In this document: in pieces, positions 11,753 through 23,949 of the stretch
How the letters are laid out: each line of letters starts with the position of its first letter
Position numbering within the stretch: the stretch's first letter is position 1
Notes under the pieces: generated by a model
What the model was told of the DNA's origin: nothing
Databases searched by the model: none
Seen by the model: the letters and a program-made list of their open reading frames with translations, nothing else
Position numbers and translations under genes: made by a program
Assembly (NCBI RefSeq): GCF_006345805.1
Contig: NW_021831961.1
Location: forward strand, 1 to 34,012
DNA length: 34,012 nucleotides
Direction of reading: 5' to 3'
DNA from: Octopus sinensis
Lineage: Eukaryota

Positions 11753-12852
11753 TATATATAGGCGTTTGTATGGTTGTATGTATATATTTTTTTTAGTACA
11801 TACATAAGAATATACACTCGTGGAAAGAGACAAAGGATGGGAAAATGTACACGCGTGCATTTATCTGTTTGTATGTGTGTGCGTTATTTACAATGTGTCT
11901 GTGTGTCTGTGTGCGTGCGTGCGTGCATGCGCTCGAGTGTGTTTGTTTGTGTTTGTATGTAAAAGAACAGCCTCATCCATTTCTGTCTGTATCTATAGGG
12001 ATCCATGCTGATATTTGGAAAGATGCTATTATTTCGCCCCATTCACAAGGGGAGTAAACTGGTTTGACCCCCACTAATTCTCGACTCATCGAACTGACTT
12101 GCAGTATACGAAAAGTGATGAAAACAGCCGTTAAAGGTCCTCTATTCTAGCCTATTCTCTCGTTCCCCCTCTCTCTCTCTTTTTCCTTAATAATTTCCAG
12201 TACGATTTCCTTAATGTCAGATTCTCTTAAGTCCTTCTCTTTTCAATCATTTCTCAGTGGTTTCTCTCTGTGACGTACGCAACAGCCGCCAAGAGAAATT
12301 TTGCTAGACAAACTAGGTGAGAGAATAACAAGTCTCCTCTGAAACTATCCGGGAACAGGTTTTCTTTTGTTGTTGGTGGTGGTGGTGGTGATAGTGGTGG
12401 TCGTGGTCGTGGAGAAGGTGATGGTGATAATAGTGGCGGTAGTGGTGGTGGTGGTGTGGTACTTGACAAATACTTTATTTTATTGAGGAGAAATTGGCTG
12501 GATTTGAAATCAGAACGTTAAAAGCCAGAACAAATATTTCAAAACGTTTTGTCCGATGCTCTAACGATTCTGCTAATTCGCCGAACCATTGGTCAACTAA
12601 TGAGTTAAGTGCAAATGTTATATCCTAACTACTAGAGGTCATCTCTGCACAAGTTTCAGGGATTATCAGCACGCATAAGCGCAGGCCTGGACAAGGTTTA
12701 TTCTGTGCAAGACCGAGAGTTGTGCATATAAGCAAGTCTCTCCTCTACGCGTCGCTAAAGGAAAAAGATAGATATGTTTCGACCAAAGATTGGTCCAGGC
12801 CATGTCTAACTTAATAGCACCACCTGATAGGATTATTCGAATCCTGTTTAAG

Positions 12853-12940
12853 TCAAGTTTTGTTCAAGTAGTGAGTTCTTGTTGGGTGAGTTGTATCAAG
12901 TTTTGTTCAAGTAGTGAGTTCTTGTTGGGTGAGTTGTATC
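12853..12940. repeat. Perfect 43-bp tandem duplication
   Basis: TCAAGTTTTGTTCAAGTAGTGAGTTCTTGTTGGGTGAGTTGTA at 12853 and 12896. Confidence 0.95.
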
Positions 12941-13544
12941 CAATTATGGGTGGCTTATCTGGTATTCTTTGAAGGAAAAAATAAAAATAAATAAAACCTA
13001 AGGGCCGATACAGGTTCGCAATATCATTGTCGCCAGGGATGCAGTCAGAACTCAAATAGTTGGAAGGTTCTAACATTATGTCAATCCAGCGATCTGCTTT
13101 GGTACCATTTTTTTTTTATTCCGACCCCAAACTGAGAAAGTGAACGACAAGAGTTGGAACAAATACCACGAGATATTTTTTTTCAAACGCTGTAATGACT
13201 ACCAGTTTCTGGACGTTAAGTTTAGATTTTGAGCTAGGTTTCAATCAGATCTTGAGCTAGGTTTCACAAAACTAAAATGGACGCTACTGACTTCAAAATT
13301 ATAATTACAAGTCACATATATATTCACCGTTCTTCACCGTTCCCTCTCTCTTACTCCACCTCCTCTTCGACTCTATCGTCACTGACACGTGATCAGAAGG
13401 AAGCCATCTTTCCAACTGCTATCTTCACCAAGACCAGACCGCTTATCATGTCTCTCTCATAAGCTGTCTCAAGCGTTCAGAATAATTTTTCCAGCGTCTT
13501 GACTTAACAGCCCTCATCGTTTGTTTTTACTGTGTTATTCTCTT

Positions 13545-13950
13545 TGTTCTGTCTTTTACTGTTTCTACTGTCTTGTTTAGTTCTTACTGTCCTGTTCTTG
13601 TTACCATTTTTACCCCTCCGCAAAAAATCCAAAATTTTATATAATTTGCTTTGCAAGAAGGACTTTTTCAACGAAGTCACGTCTTGTCCTTACCTTCGGA
13701 ACGTGGAGTAGATGAAACAGGGACAACTGAAGAATGGGAATATTGTTTATGTTGCATGTCTCGTTTCTTTGTTTGTTCTTTTCGTTGTTCGAAAAAAAGT
13801 TCGTTTCTATGTTTTTGTTTTTATGCTTTCGTTTCTCATTGTGTTCAATGTTATTTTTATGTACTGTACCCATATATGCAAGTGTATATATACATATATA
13901 AGTAGGTGTGTACATATATGTATGTATATATGCATATATTTTTATATTAT
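13545..13950 (+). mobile_element. Family P2 copy
   Basis: Homologous to 1990-2432; CCTTCGGAAC and CTGAAGA (13727-13733) at the same 29-nt spacing. Confidence 0.6.
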
Positions 13951-13956
13951 TTATAT

Positions 13957-13988
<32 letters not shown>

Positions 13989-14400
13989 GATATATAGATA
14001 GATAGATACATACATACATACATACATACATTTGTAAACTTATACATATATACACATACATACATGGATAGATAGATAGATAAATAGATAGATTGAATGA
14101 TATATTACATAAATATATTGATTATATGATATTGTATTATAATATAAATATTATACAAAGGAAATATTTCCGGAAAATTACCTTCAAACATGCATATAGA
14201 CATGTAAGCGTACTTGTAAGATATGTACACATATACAAGTACATATGCTAGCATAATTACGTAAATTTCTATATAATACACACACACACGCACTCACAAA
14301 CACACTGATACACACACGCACTCACACACACACTCACATACACACATACACACATTTATATAGATAGATAGATTTCCTTTGTATCGATCGAGTTGGTGTG

Positions 14401-14445
<45 letters not shown>

Positions 14446-14552
14446 AACGGATTGAAGACATTAACAGACTGTTATTTCTATCAGTCTGAGATACAGTGTA
14501 TGGGTATCTTACTACGAATATGTAACACGCATAACACATGTACATACACTTT

Positions 14553-14587
<35 letters not shown>

Positions 14588-14668
14588 ATACATAGACGCA
14601 CACATGCACACATGTATGTATGCATGTGTGTATGTATGTATGTATGTATGTATGTATGTATTATATAG

Positions 14669-14731
<63 letters not shown>

Positions 14732-15380
14732 ATCTGTAAGTTACATGATGGGGTGTGAAGAGAAATTACGATATCAAAATATCAAAAAGATAGCAGTCAT
14801 TAAAATGGAGAGAAAACTGCTAAAAGCCTTATGAAGTTTAATCTGAACTCAAAACATCTTATCATCTCGTTCCATTTCCTCGACTGATACCATAGTTATA
14901 TACCCGATATTTACCATGATATACCCTTAGTTACTCACCACAACATACAAGCACGCGTATATACATATATATAATATTATATATATATATCGATATATAT
15001 ATATATATAAGCTATATATATATTATATATAATATATTATGGATGTGTAAATACACATAGTTATATATCTGATGCATAGAAATGCCTCGAAACAATATTG
15101 AAACAGACTGCTCCCGCATACACATACAGTAACACACTCACTGTCATTCTTACACACAAGCATTTATCTTACATAAGTGACCTCGATACGCATAGGTTCA
15201 TTTCATTTACATACAGACAAAAGCACACACACATACACATACTCCTAAGCGCACATGCAGAAACAATGAGAGCTTACGTTTTCGATTCATCTGCTAGAGA
15301 TAGCAGCTAAATCTCTCTCAAATCGTAACACACAATATCTATAAACGTTGTGTGGCACATTTGGTAAAAATCCTTAAGGT

Positions 15381-15814
15381 ATAGGCGCAGGAGTGGCTGT
15401 GTGGTAAGTAGCTTGCTAACCAACCATATGGTTCCGGGTTCAGTCCCACTGCGTGGCACCTTGGACAAGTGTCTTCTGCTATAGCCTCGGGCCGACCAAT
15501 GCCTTGTGAGTGGATTTGGTAGACGGACACTGAAAGAAGCCTGTCGTATATATGTATATATGTATATATATATACATGCGTGTGTGTGTTTATGTGTCTG
15601 TGTTTGTCCCCCTAGCATTGCTTGACAACCGATGCTGGTGTGTTTACGTCCCCGTCACTTAGCGGTTCGGCAAAAAGAGACCGATAGAATAAGTACTGGG
15701 CTTACAAAGAATAAGTCCCGGGGTCGATTTGCTCGACTAAAGGCGGCGCTCCAGCATGGCCGCAGTCAAATGACTGAAACAAGTAAAAGAGTAAAAAAAA
15801 AAAGAGTAAAGAGT
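15381..15814 (+). mobile_element. SINE group A, full length, little diverged
   Basis: Complete head, body and tail; close to the group consensus seen in the window. Confidence 0.94.
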
Positions 15815-16295
15815 ATAAGGCACAAAAAAAAAAAACAAGGTGGGATGTTTGATCTCTTCATCTTCTTTGACCAGAGGTTTAGATGAGAGGTTTAGATGAG
15901 TCAATACTAACAACAAACGCATATCGCAAAGGCACGCACTACATTTATGGCGCGCGTGCAGAAAGTTAGCATCATCCCAATAATCATATTTGCCCCACCC
16001 ACACGCCACCACTCACGTATCATATGTTATCCCTCTTGCCGTTCGTTTCTCTCTGCCTCTCTCTTTCATTTCTTCTCCGCCTCTATTTCGCTGCTTGTGT
16101 CTTTTCATCTTATCAGCAGAGGAGATGGAGTGGAATAAAATTAACTGATATTCCTGAAGTTATTGTTGCTAATGTTGCTCACGTCATCGTCGACGACTTC
16201 AACGTTGTTGCTGTTTGTTTGTTTGTTTCTTAGTTGATGTTGTCCTTTTAGAAATGACGATGATAACCATGATAGCTGAAACATCCATGCTGATG

Positions 16296-16341
<46 letters not shown>
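16296..16341. repeat. (ATT)n microsatellite
   Basis: Direct reading. Confidence 0.95.
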
Positions 16342-16342
<1 letters not shown>

Positions 16343-16654
16343 ATTTGTGTTTCTAGACGTTAGATGTTCAGCGAAGTATATATATGACATGTGATCCCTT
16401 CCTCAGCGGACTTGTAAAAAGAGCCGTATGTGGATTTTATTGCTCATATATAGCGTGGTGCACATGCCGATGATATAGGTACATGATGAATTATTTAGAA
16501 CGAATTTGCTTACATGAGTACCTGAAGGAAACAGGTTCTTGAAAAATAAAAGGAAATAATTAATTCAAATGATAATGATATCTTTTGCACAACAGACATA
16601 TTGTCTTTATAACTATGAAGTTATAATTTATTCATGTATATGTCTGCATGTATG

Positions 16655-16700
<46 letters not shown>

Positions 16701-17589
16701 TACACAGAAAAGCACGCGAATAGCTTAGGAGTGAAATTTAGAATTTTTCGGTTTTCTGTGAATCGATTTTGATAAAACTTTTCCCAGCTGGTTTGTACAC
16801 TATGGCACACACCATTGTTATGTTTTCATTATTCTATGTAACATCCTTTCTTTTTTATTTCAGATTCTTCAGCTTTTGGGTGAACCATGCTAATAGCTTT
16901 TGAATGAAAATAGCCCATCTAGACATTTTCTTTTCTTTTTCAGAAAATGAAGGGTAATGATATATATCAAGCATACATTGAGTATATATTTAACAGAAAA
17001 CCATAATAATATTGTAGCATTTATTAACATAATGAATTATTTAGCCACATGGCTTATTATCAATTAAAACCTAAAGGCAAAAGCAATAGAGGTCACAAAA
17101 TGACAGAGGGTACTAACTAGCACCGTTTTTGCTAAAGATAAGAGTTAAAATGTCTCAAAAGCCACAGAATCACTGTCTTAATAACCGAAAAGGGAGGTAA
17201 GTCCACAGCGTATGAAGCTGTATCATGATTTCGGATTTTGATGTAGAACATCTTAATCTTTGTCAGCGGCTCTTAATGCCATGGGTTAAACTCAACTACC
17301 TCCGCTAGTCTTATAAATAAAACCGTTGAAGGTGTGTGCTGATTTTCAAAACGCTAAAAGTGTAAGCAACAAATTAAAACGCTTAAACACGAAGGTGTGA
17401 GTTCGTGTCTCATAGCCGGCCACCAACACTTTTTTCTGCAAAATAGGGGTAGCTTATCCTGTTCAGGCTATATTATTAGCATTATCCTGCGTTTGAGAAT
17501 TTAAAATCACTTCTTTCACTTTCGAAGACATCTCAACGCTTCTAAAGCAAATTTCGTTTGTTTGTTTATGTATGTACATATATATATGG

Positions 17590-17769
17590 CGATTTTTTTC
17601 CCTCTGTCTTCCCTTCTCTGGATCTTTCCTTCTCCTATGTTTCCGACGAAGAGCTCCGCTCGAAACGTTAAACCCTCCTTCTTTCCTTCTTTCCTGAGCG
17701 TCCAATAATACTACATTTGTTCCACGTCCTCGCGTTGTTGTGCTTTTTTTTGTGCTTTCATGTTTGGAT

Positions 17770-17776
<7 letters not shown>
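17590..17776 (+). mobile_element. Family P1 copy, probable Penelope-like LTR
   Basis: Highly similar to 28525-28710 and contains a hammerhead-like motif; ends in (TA)n. Confidence 0.7.
17639..17673 (+). ncRNA. Candidate minimal type I hammerhead ribozyme
   Basis: GTTT | CCGACGA | A | GAGC-TCC-GCTC | GAAA | CGT | T | AAAC: stem I, core with U4C, extra A, stem II, GAAA, palindromic ACGT helix III, GUU triplet. Confidence 0.55.
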
Positions 17777-17808
<32 letters not shown>

Positions 17809-17880
17809 CAATACTGGGAGGAAGAGAAATGGAACGAAGCGACGAATCGAAACGAACCCGACGCGAAGCGCTGTCAGACA

Positions 17881-18141
17881 ATAGTGTAATAAATAAAATA
17901 TATGCATACATACAAACATATATGTACATACCTACATCTACATGTATATATACATGCATATATAAATATATATACGTGAGTACAGGACACCACAACTAGA
18001 CGTAGAACTCAACAAAAAACGGAAACGGACAAGTCATTTTTTTACAACAAAAAAACATAGACGAAACGAAAACGGGAAAAACATTATTTTTTTACAACAG
18101 AAAAATAAGGTACAGGACAAACTACACAAGGAAAAATCCCC
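17881..18141 (-). mobile_element. Family P2 copy, truncated
   Basis: Reverse complement of about 2206-2432; breaks off immediately before the CTGATGA motif. Confidence 0.65.
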
Positions 18142-18458
18142 AACATATATATATATATCGGCAGATAGAAAATGAAGCATTATTGACAGGTTCCGGAACC
18201 CGTTATCTCATATATTCTGCTTCCTTTTTATGCCAGTCCATATAACATTGCTTCTCCTAAATGAGGGCACTGAATAGGATACAAGCAATTAAAGTCACTT
18301 GATCACCAGAATTTCCCTCCCTCATTCTCTCATCTCATTCACTCCTTCCTCTAGTCTTTCCCTCTCTCTTTCTATCTCTCTCGCTCCTTTCTCGCATTTC
18401 TGTTACACTCATACTTTCACTACCGCTCTTTCACTATTTCCCTATCACTTTCGCTTTC

Positions 18459-18524
18459 TCACTAACTACACACACACACATACACACACGCACATGCACA
18501 CACACACACACACACACGCACATT

Positions 18525-18558
<34 letters not shown>

Positions 18559-18719
18559 AAGTGATAGAGAGAGAGAGAGAGAGAGAGAAAAGCGATACAG
18601 AGAGAGAGGGGAAAAACCGATAGAGAGAGAATGAGAGACGGGTTTCACTAACTACACACACACACATATATAGAGAGAGAGAGATAAAGTGAGAGAGAGA
18701 GAGAGAGCGAGGGAAACGC

Positions 18720-18754
<35 letters not shown>

Positions 18755-18783
18755 AAGCGATAGAGAGAGAATGAGAGACGGGT
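18459..18783. repeat. Tandem duplication of a composite (CA)/(TA)/(GA) module
   Basis: TCACTAACTACACAC starts units at 18459 and 18645; both end in GATAGAGAGAGAATGAGAGACGGGT. Confidence 0.8.
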
Positions 18784-19387
18784 AGTTAAATAGATATATC
18801 TATATATATATATATCTATGCATATATATATATACATATCACATATATATATATATATATTTTTATGTGTGTGTGTGTGTGTGTGGTGTGTGTGCGGGCA
18901 CGTGGAAGTCTTCGTATAAGTGTGTGCATGTGTGTGCATGTATGTATATATATATCACTGAACAATTGATTGTTTCCTGTCTCTGATAAGCTAGTGTTAA
19001 ATTAATTCCCGAAACATGTACGAAACATTCGATATTTCACTTACAACAACTATCATTAGCCTGTTAGCGCGAAATGCTAAACCTTTATATCTCGCCATTG
19101 TTGTCGTTGTTAATCTTGTTGTTCTTGTTTTGTTTTTTTTTGTAGTTATTTCAGTAGCTTTTGGTGTATTTATTTTTTTGTTGTCTCTTCTGAGATGTTT
19201 TTCATTGATTTTATCGTTATTTATGTCGTTATATTTGCTGTGTTTTTTTTTTCTTGTTCGTTCACGGTAATGCTGCTTGTTATCTGGACCTGTTCGTGAC
19301 GCGCGTCAGACTGGAAGACAAAACCGTTCTGCACACATCGCACTCGTTCAGCATTTGAATGTTGCTGACTAATAGAATTACAGCGAG

Positions 19388-19795
19388 CTATATGGCTCAG
19401 AAACCTGGACGTTATCAAAGAAGCTTGAGAGACGGTTGGATGGAACCTACACTCGCCTCCTTATGAGAGCTCAAAATCTCTCGTGGAATCGCCATCCAAC
19501 CAAAATGCAAATATATGGGAAACTACCACCTGTGTCATCTCTTGTGAAAGGTAAGAGAGTCCAGTTTGCTGGACATTGTTGTAGAGCTGAAAAAGAAGTA
19601 ATTTCTACTCTTCTCCTCTGGAAGCCATCTACTCGCAATACCAGAGGGCGCACACTCTCCTACCCTGATGTAATCTCCAGGGATACAGGCATCCAGCAAC
19701 ATGACCTCCGTAATGCCATGATGGACCGTGAAGTCTGGCGTAGCATGGTAAATTCCATTGTCTCGACCACGGTCGAACAATGATGATGATGATGA
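19388..19795 (+). mobile_element. 5'-truncated RTE-type LINE (ORF2 C-terminus plus (TGA)5 tail)
   Basis: Open frame LYGSETWTL..LDGTYTRLLMRAQNLSW..RVQFAGHC..LLLW..RGR..Y.DVI.RDTG..DL..AM.DREVWR*. The stop at 19781-19783 is the first TGA of the tail. Confidence 0.9.
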
Positions 19796-20067
19796 CTATT
19801 CTTGAATCTCGCATGTATCCAGCCATGGTACCAGTTAAAAGAAGGTCGATTAGCTCAGTGCTCCAGGAATAAAAGCTAGAATGCTAAATAAGTGGAAACA
19901 GAAACCAGTTGAGAGCTTTCTACTTAAAAGTACAAAAGCGTAAGAAATAATGAACTTAACAGTAGAGAGCAGAAGATACAATAAGAGCGGTTTGCTGAGG
20001 TACAAAGATTGGAGAAAATGGCAGCTATTGATGCTGTTATAAAATCACTGGTGCCTGTTCTTAAGAT

Positions 20068-20360
20068 AAAACGTCACCATTTTCAAGCCTAGCCAGGTTC
20101 ATAGGCCCGGTTTCCCGGTTTCTATAGCGTCTGTGTTCCCCCCAGCTGGACGGGACGCCAGTCCATCGCAGCGTTATTCAAGAAACAGGAAGAGAGAGTG
20201 AGAGAGCTTTGGGGCGAAAGAGTACAGCAGCGGTCGCCACCACCCCCTGCCGGAGCGTCGTGGAGCTTTAGGTGTTTTCGCTCAATAAACCCACACAATC
20301 GAAACCGCGATACACCGACCGCGAGTCCGCTGCCCTAACCACAGGGCTATTGCGCCTCCC
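20068..20360 (-). mobile_element. tRNA(Arg)-like SINE, group C, V-domain-like tail X
   Basis: Perfect 11-bp TSD GTTCTTAAGAT (20057-20067 / 20361-20371). Contains CTGCGATGGACTGGCGTCCCGTCCAG on the minus strand. Confidence 0.92.
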
Positions 20361-21329
20361 GTTCTTAAGATGGCAGAAGCAAAATCGCGCAGTCACTTTA
20401 TCATTACTACTTATCAACACCAGTAGTCATGGAGGTAGGGCCCTGAAAATCCAAAAGATCCTTTGTATGGGCTTGGTTTGAATGTCAAGAGCCCCGTAAG
20501 AGCCCTGTCTTTGGCCTCTGTAGAGCCACTGCAGAGCTTCTGCGATCGTTGAGATAGATGATGTTAGAGTTCCTCTTCATTAATTGCAAGTTTGTGATGG
20601 CAAGAAAAATGCACGAAAGAAGAGAACTCTCGAGACACGATGTTCGGAGCAGAAAGGAGACAATCGTAGTTCTTAGTGGGATATATTGGTGAATTCTTGG
20701 TTGGGTATGAAGGCACATGCTTTCAATTCTATAATTCTCATTATTTTTATATTTTCTTCTTCTTCCTTTCTGTGACAATCTGTATTTTTATTGAGTTTTA
20801 ATTGCCTTTGTTCCATACCCCTTGCTTGTATGATTGAATTCTTGTTTGTGTCATGGTCGTCAAACGTCTTAGCATTTGACTGAAATACTTTATTTTTACT
20901 AGAAAAGGCATTTCTATGTCTTGGTTACCATGCTTTGTTTAAACCTTTCTAATGCTTCCAAGATATATTTTTTATTGATGTTATACTTTTTTTCCTCATT
21001 TCTATCGTTTGTCTTTAATATATTACAAATTTGATGTCTTACATTTTCTTCTCGATTATTTGGCTTGGATTTTGCTGACAATCTCCCTGTATTAGAACCA
21101 CCAAACGTAGTTTCCGTCATTCCAAGTAATACTGAATAAATCAGACGATCCGCTCTGCTGTTATATTGGCTTTTGCTGCTGTGAACAGAATTTCTTGAAG
21201 GAAGTTTGATATTTATGTCCCCTTTCGTAGAGTTGGGTATGTTTATATTCAACCTTGCTTACTAATTTCTCTGTTACCTTGTGGTTAAAGAATCGATAAT
21301 GACGCCGGTCGACAGGTATCAACACCGCG

Positions 21330-21470
21330 TGTACGATTGACTTCTTTCATTTTCTGCCAACAAAATTCATTCTCAGGATATTGGTTGGTCCAGGGTATAT
21401 AGTAGAAATCACTTGCTTGAGATCGTGCACAATGGAACTTAAACCGATTGCATGTGGTTGTAAAACGAGT
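21330..21470 (-). mobile_element. SINE group A, heavily degraded
   Basis: Minus strand CAACCACATG..GCAAGTGATTTCTACTATA..GAAAATGAAAGAAGTCAATCGTA aligns to the group A head. Confidence 0.6.
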
Positions 21471-21734
21471 TTATATGTATAATAAATTTCAAAGGAAATA
21501 CAATAGCAGCGCTGTGTCGCATTGCTGGGGGACAATAATTATGTGATAAACAAAACTGAGTTGTAACTGAGCTGATGGGCTCTCTGCAAGCTAAATTTTC
21601 AGTGTTTTCTCATTGTCATTTTCCTTACACGGAGAGAGGTTGATGTGAGTGTCAGAGACATTTTCTATTGAAGCAGTTAGTATTTGGTGGTAACGTGTAT
21701 GTAGAGAAGTATCCCTATGTTATTAGAGTTACGT

Positions 21735-21873
<139 letters not shown>

Positions 21874-22015
21874 TTTGTATCGAAGTGTCCGAATGATCAG
21901 ATACGTTTTCCGAGACTTTGTAACGCAAACCAGAGTCAGATTGTACAAAACGTTCCCTATAGATATTTAATCGTCACGACATGGGTTGCGTGCTCCTTTT
22001 TTATTTGCTCATCTG

Positions 22016-22059
<44 letters not shown>

Positions 22060-22716
22060 AACACACACATAGGTATGTATGTATGTACGAGCAAAACGCC
22101 CCCCTGTCCAATGGACGGTGCTGAGTTGTCAAACATTTAAAGCAAATTTTCTCAAAACAATTTGTCCAACAGTCCCATAGGCCACCCCTTTTGAGAAACA
22201 CTGATTTAACCTAAATTTGAGATACCAGTAAAAGAAGAAATAAAGATAGACTTTTTCTATTCCAAAGAAAAACGATTTCCCACGGCTTTATCGATTACAT
22301 TTTCACCTGGAATCGATTTTTGTAATTTTTTCAAGACTTATACACACCCTGATACTGTTGATATCTACATATCAAATTTGAGCGCAATCGGATGGAGGAT
22401 GCCCGAGATCCTAGAAGACACAGACACAGACATACAGAACGATTCTATGTAATGTACAATGTAATGTACTAATAATATAATATATATATGATATAATGTA
22501 CTAATGTGCATATTATAATAGAACTAGAAATAGATAGACTTATCAATAATCACGTGTGCAATACTGAATTAAAACACCTCTTGGATGTGAAAACGTTGAA
22601 GGCTACCCGCGAGTGGCGAATCCTCGTCTACTGTAAGACAGACGAACATTTTCTTCCACCCAAGGGGTTTTCTTTAAGCTCAGTATCCTACATGCTATTA
22701 TTTATAGCTTCATATA

Positions 22717-22885
22717 CGGCGGCATTTCGTCCGTCTGTACGATCTGAATTCAAATTTCGCCAACATCGACTTAGCTTTTCATCCTCTCGGGATCGAGAAA
22801 GTATGCACTATTGAAGTACTGGCGCCGATATAATCGAATTCCCCATTACCTAAAAATACCTTTAGCTCTGTGTCAAAATTTGAGA
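22717..22885 (+). mobile_element. SINE group B, degraded, tail type 1
   Basis: GCGGCATTTCGTCCGTC..TTCAAATTTCGCC..CTTTTCATCCTCTCGGGATCGA. Confidence 0.75.
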
Positions 22886-22998
22886 GTATTATTTATAGCT
22901 TAATCTGCTTCAAGTTCTACCGCAAAAAAAATACTTTATTTCAATTCTCTCCAAGTTTCTATATTTCCTTGACGCAAAGGCGCACACATACGTGTGTG

Positions 22999-23040
<42 letters not shown>

Positions 23041-23106
23041 GTATGTATGTTTCTATGTATGTGTGTATTATGTAGATATATATATGTGTGCATGTATGTA
23101 TGTATG

Positions 23107-23174
<68 letters not shown>

Positions 23175-23177
<3 letters not shown>

Positions 23178-23379
23178 GGTGTCCCAGAAGTCGCGCACCA
23201 TTCTGGTTTTCATTTAAAAACATTAAAGGCATTTTATTTTATTATATTTTATTATATTATTGTAGAGGGTGCTCAATTTGAGCATTTGTTATGATTAATT
23301 TCAATAAAGTGTTCTTGAAATCAATAAGGGTGTATTCTTTTAAAAAACCAAGGTGGTGTGCAACTTCTGGGACATCCTG
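23175..23379. mobile_element. Tc1/mariner-type MITE (205 bp)
   Basis: ~36-bp TIRs CAGGGTGTCCCAGAAGTCGCGCACCA..GGTTTT / CAGGATGTCCCAGAAGTTGCACACCA..GGTTTT; TA on both sides; AT-rich interior. Confidence 0.92.
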
Positions 23380-23401
23380 TATATGTATGTATGCACACAC
23401 A

Positions 23402-23463
<62 letters not shown>

Positions 23464-23842
23464 AATATACTTACGTGTTTCCGGAAACCTTTTGATACCA
23501 GCTCGTATATACAAGTAAGCGTGTACATAGATATACACATGCACACATCTAAATCCGAACAGTTTCTGACAATTATAGTATATTACTCACATATCAGTGG
23601 TTGATCTGGCGGTCTGGGAGAACACAACACTTGCTTAAGCTACCGTACAATAAGTGTCGAGACCAGAACCCCGTTGTTACGAAATGAAATACTGAACCAG
23701 ACAACCATATCTTCACCAAGACGCACATGTACATATTTCACAGAGTTTTTAAAATTTGCCAGGAAAAGAATCTAATTCGAAGAATCGTTGTGTTTTACTA
23801 AAACACCACACACACATACACTCATATATAATATATATATAT

Positions 23843-23875
<33 letters not shown>

Positions 23876-23918
23876 GCATATATATAATAATATATATATA
23901 TACTATATATATATATAT

Positions 23919-23949
<31 letters not shown>

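Noticed and set aside
9326-11962. Many 60-150 aa ORFs (YIYI, HTHT, CVCV, MYVC repeats), here and throughout the window
   Set aside because: These are translations of microsatellites that lack stop codons; no coding signal.
17138-17196. Possible exon (TACTAAC upstream, GAG|GTAAGT donor)
   Set aside because: Poor pyrimidine tract, phase incompatible with the 12258 candidate, and the donor resembles the GGAGGTAAGT of group B SINE tails.
18975-19025. Hammerhead-like CTGATAA...CCCGAAAC
   Set aside because: G8 is missing and no stem II can be formed.
22300-22445. Second Helitron-like internal segment (CAAATTTGAGCGCAATCGG..ACAGACA)
   Set aside because: Termini not found; similarity to 8100-8200 is too loose.
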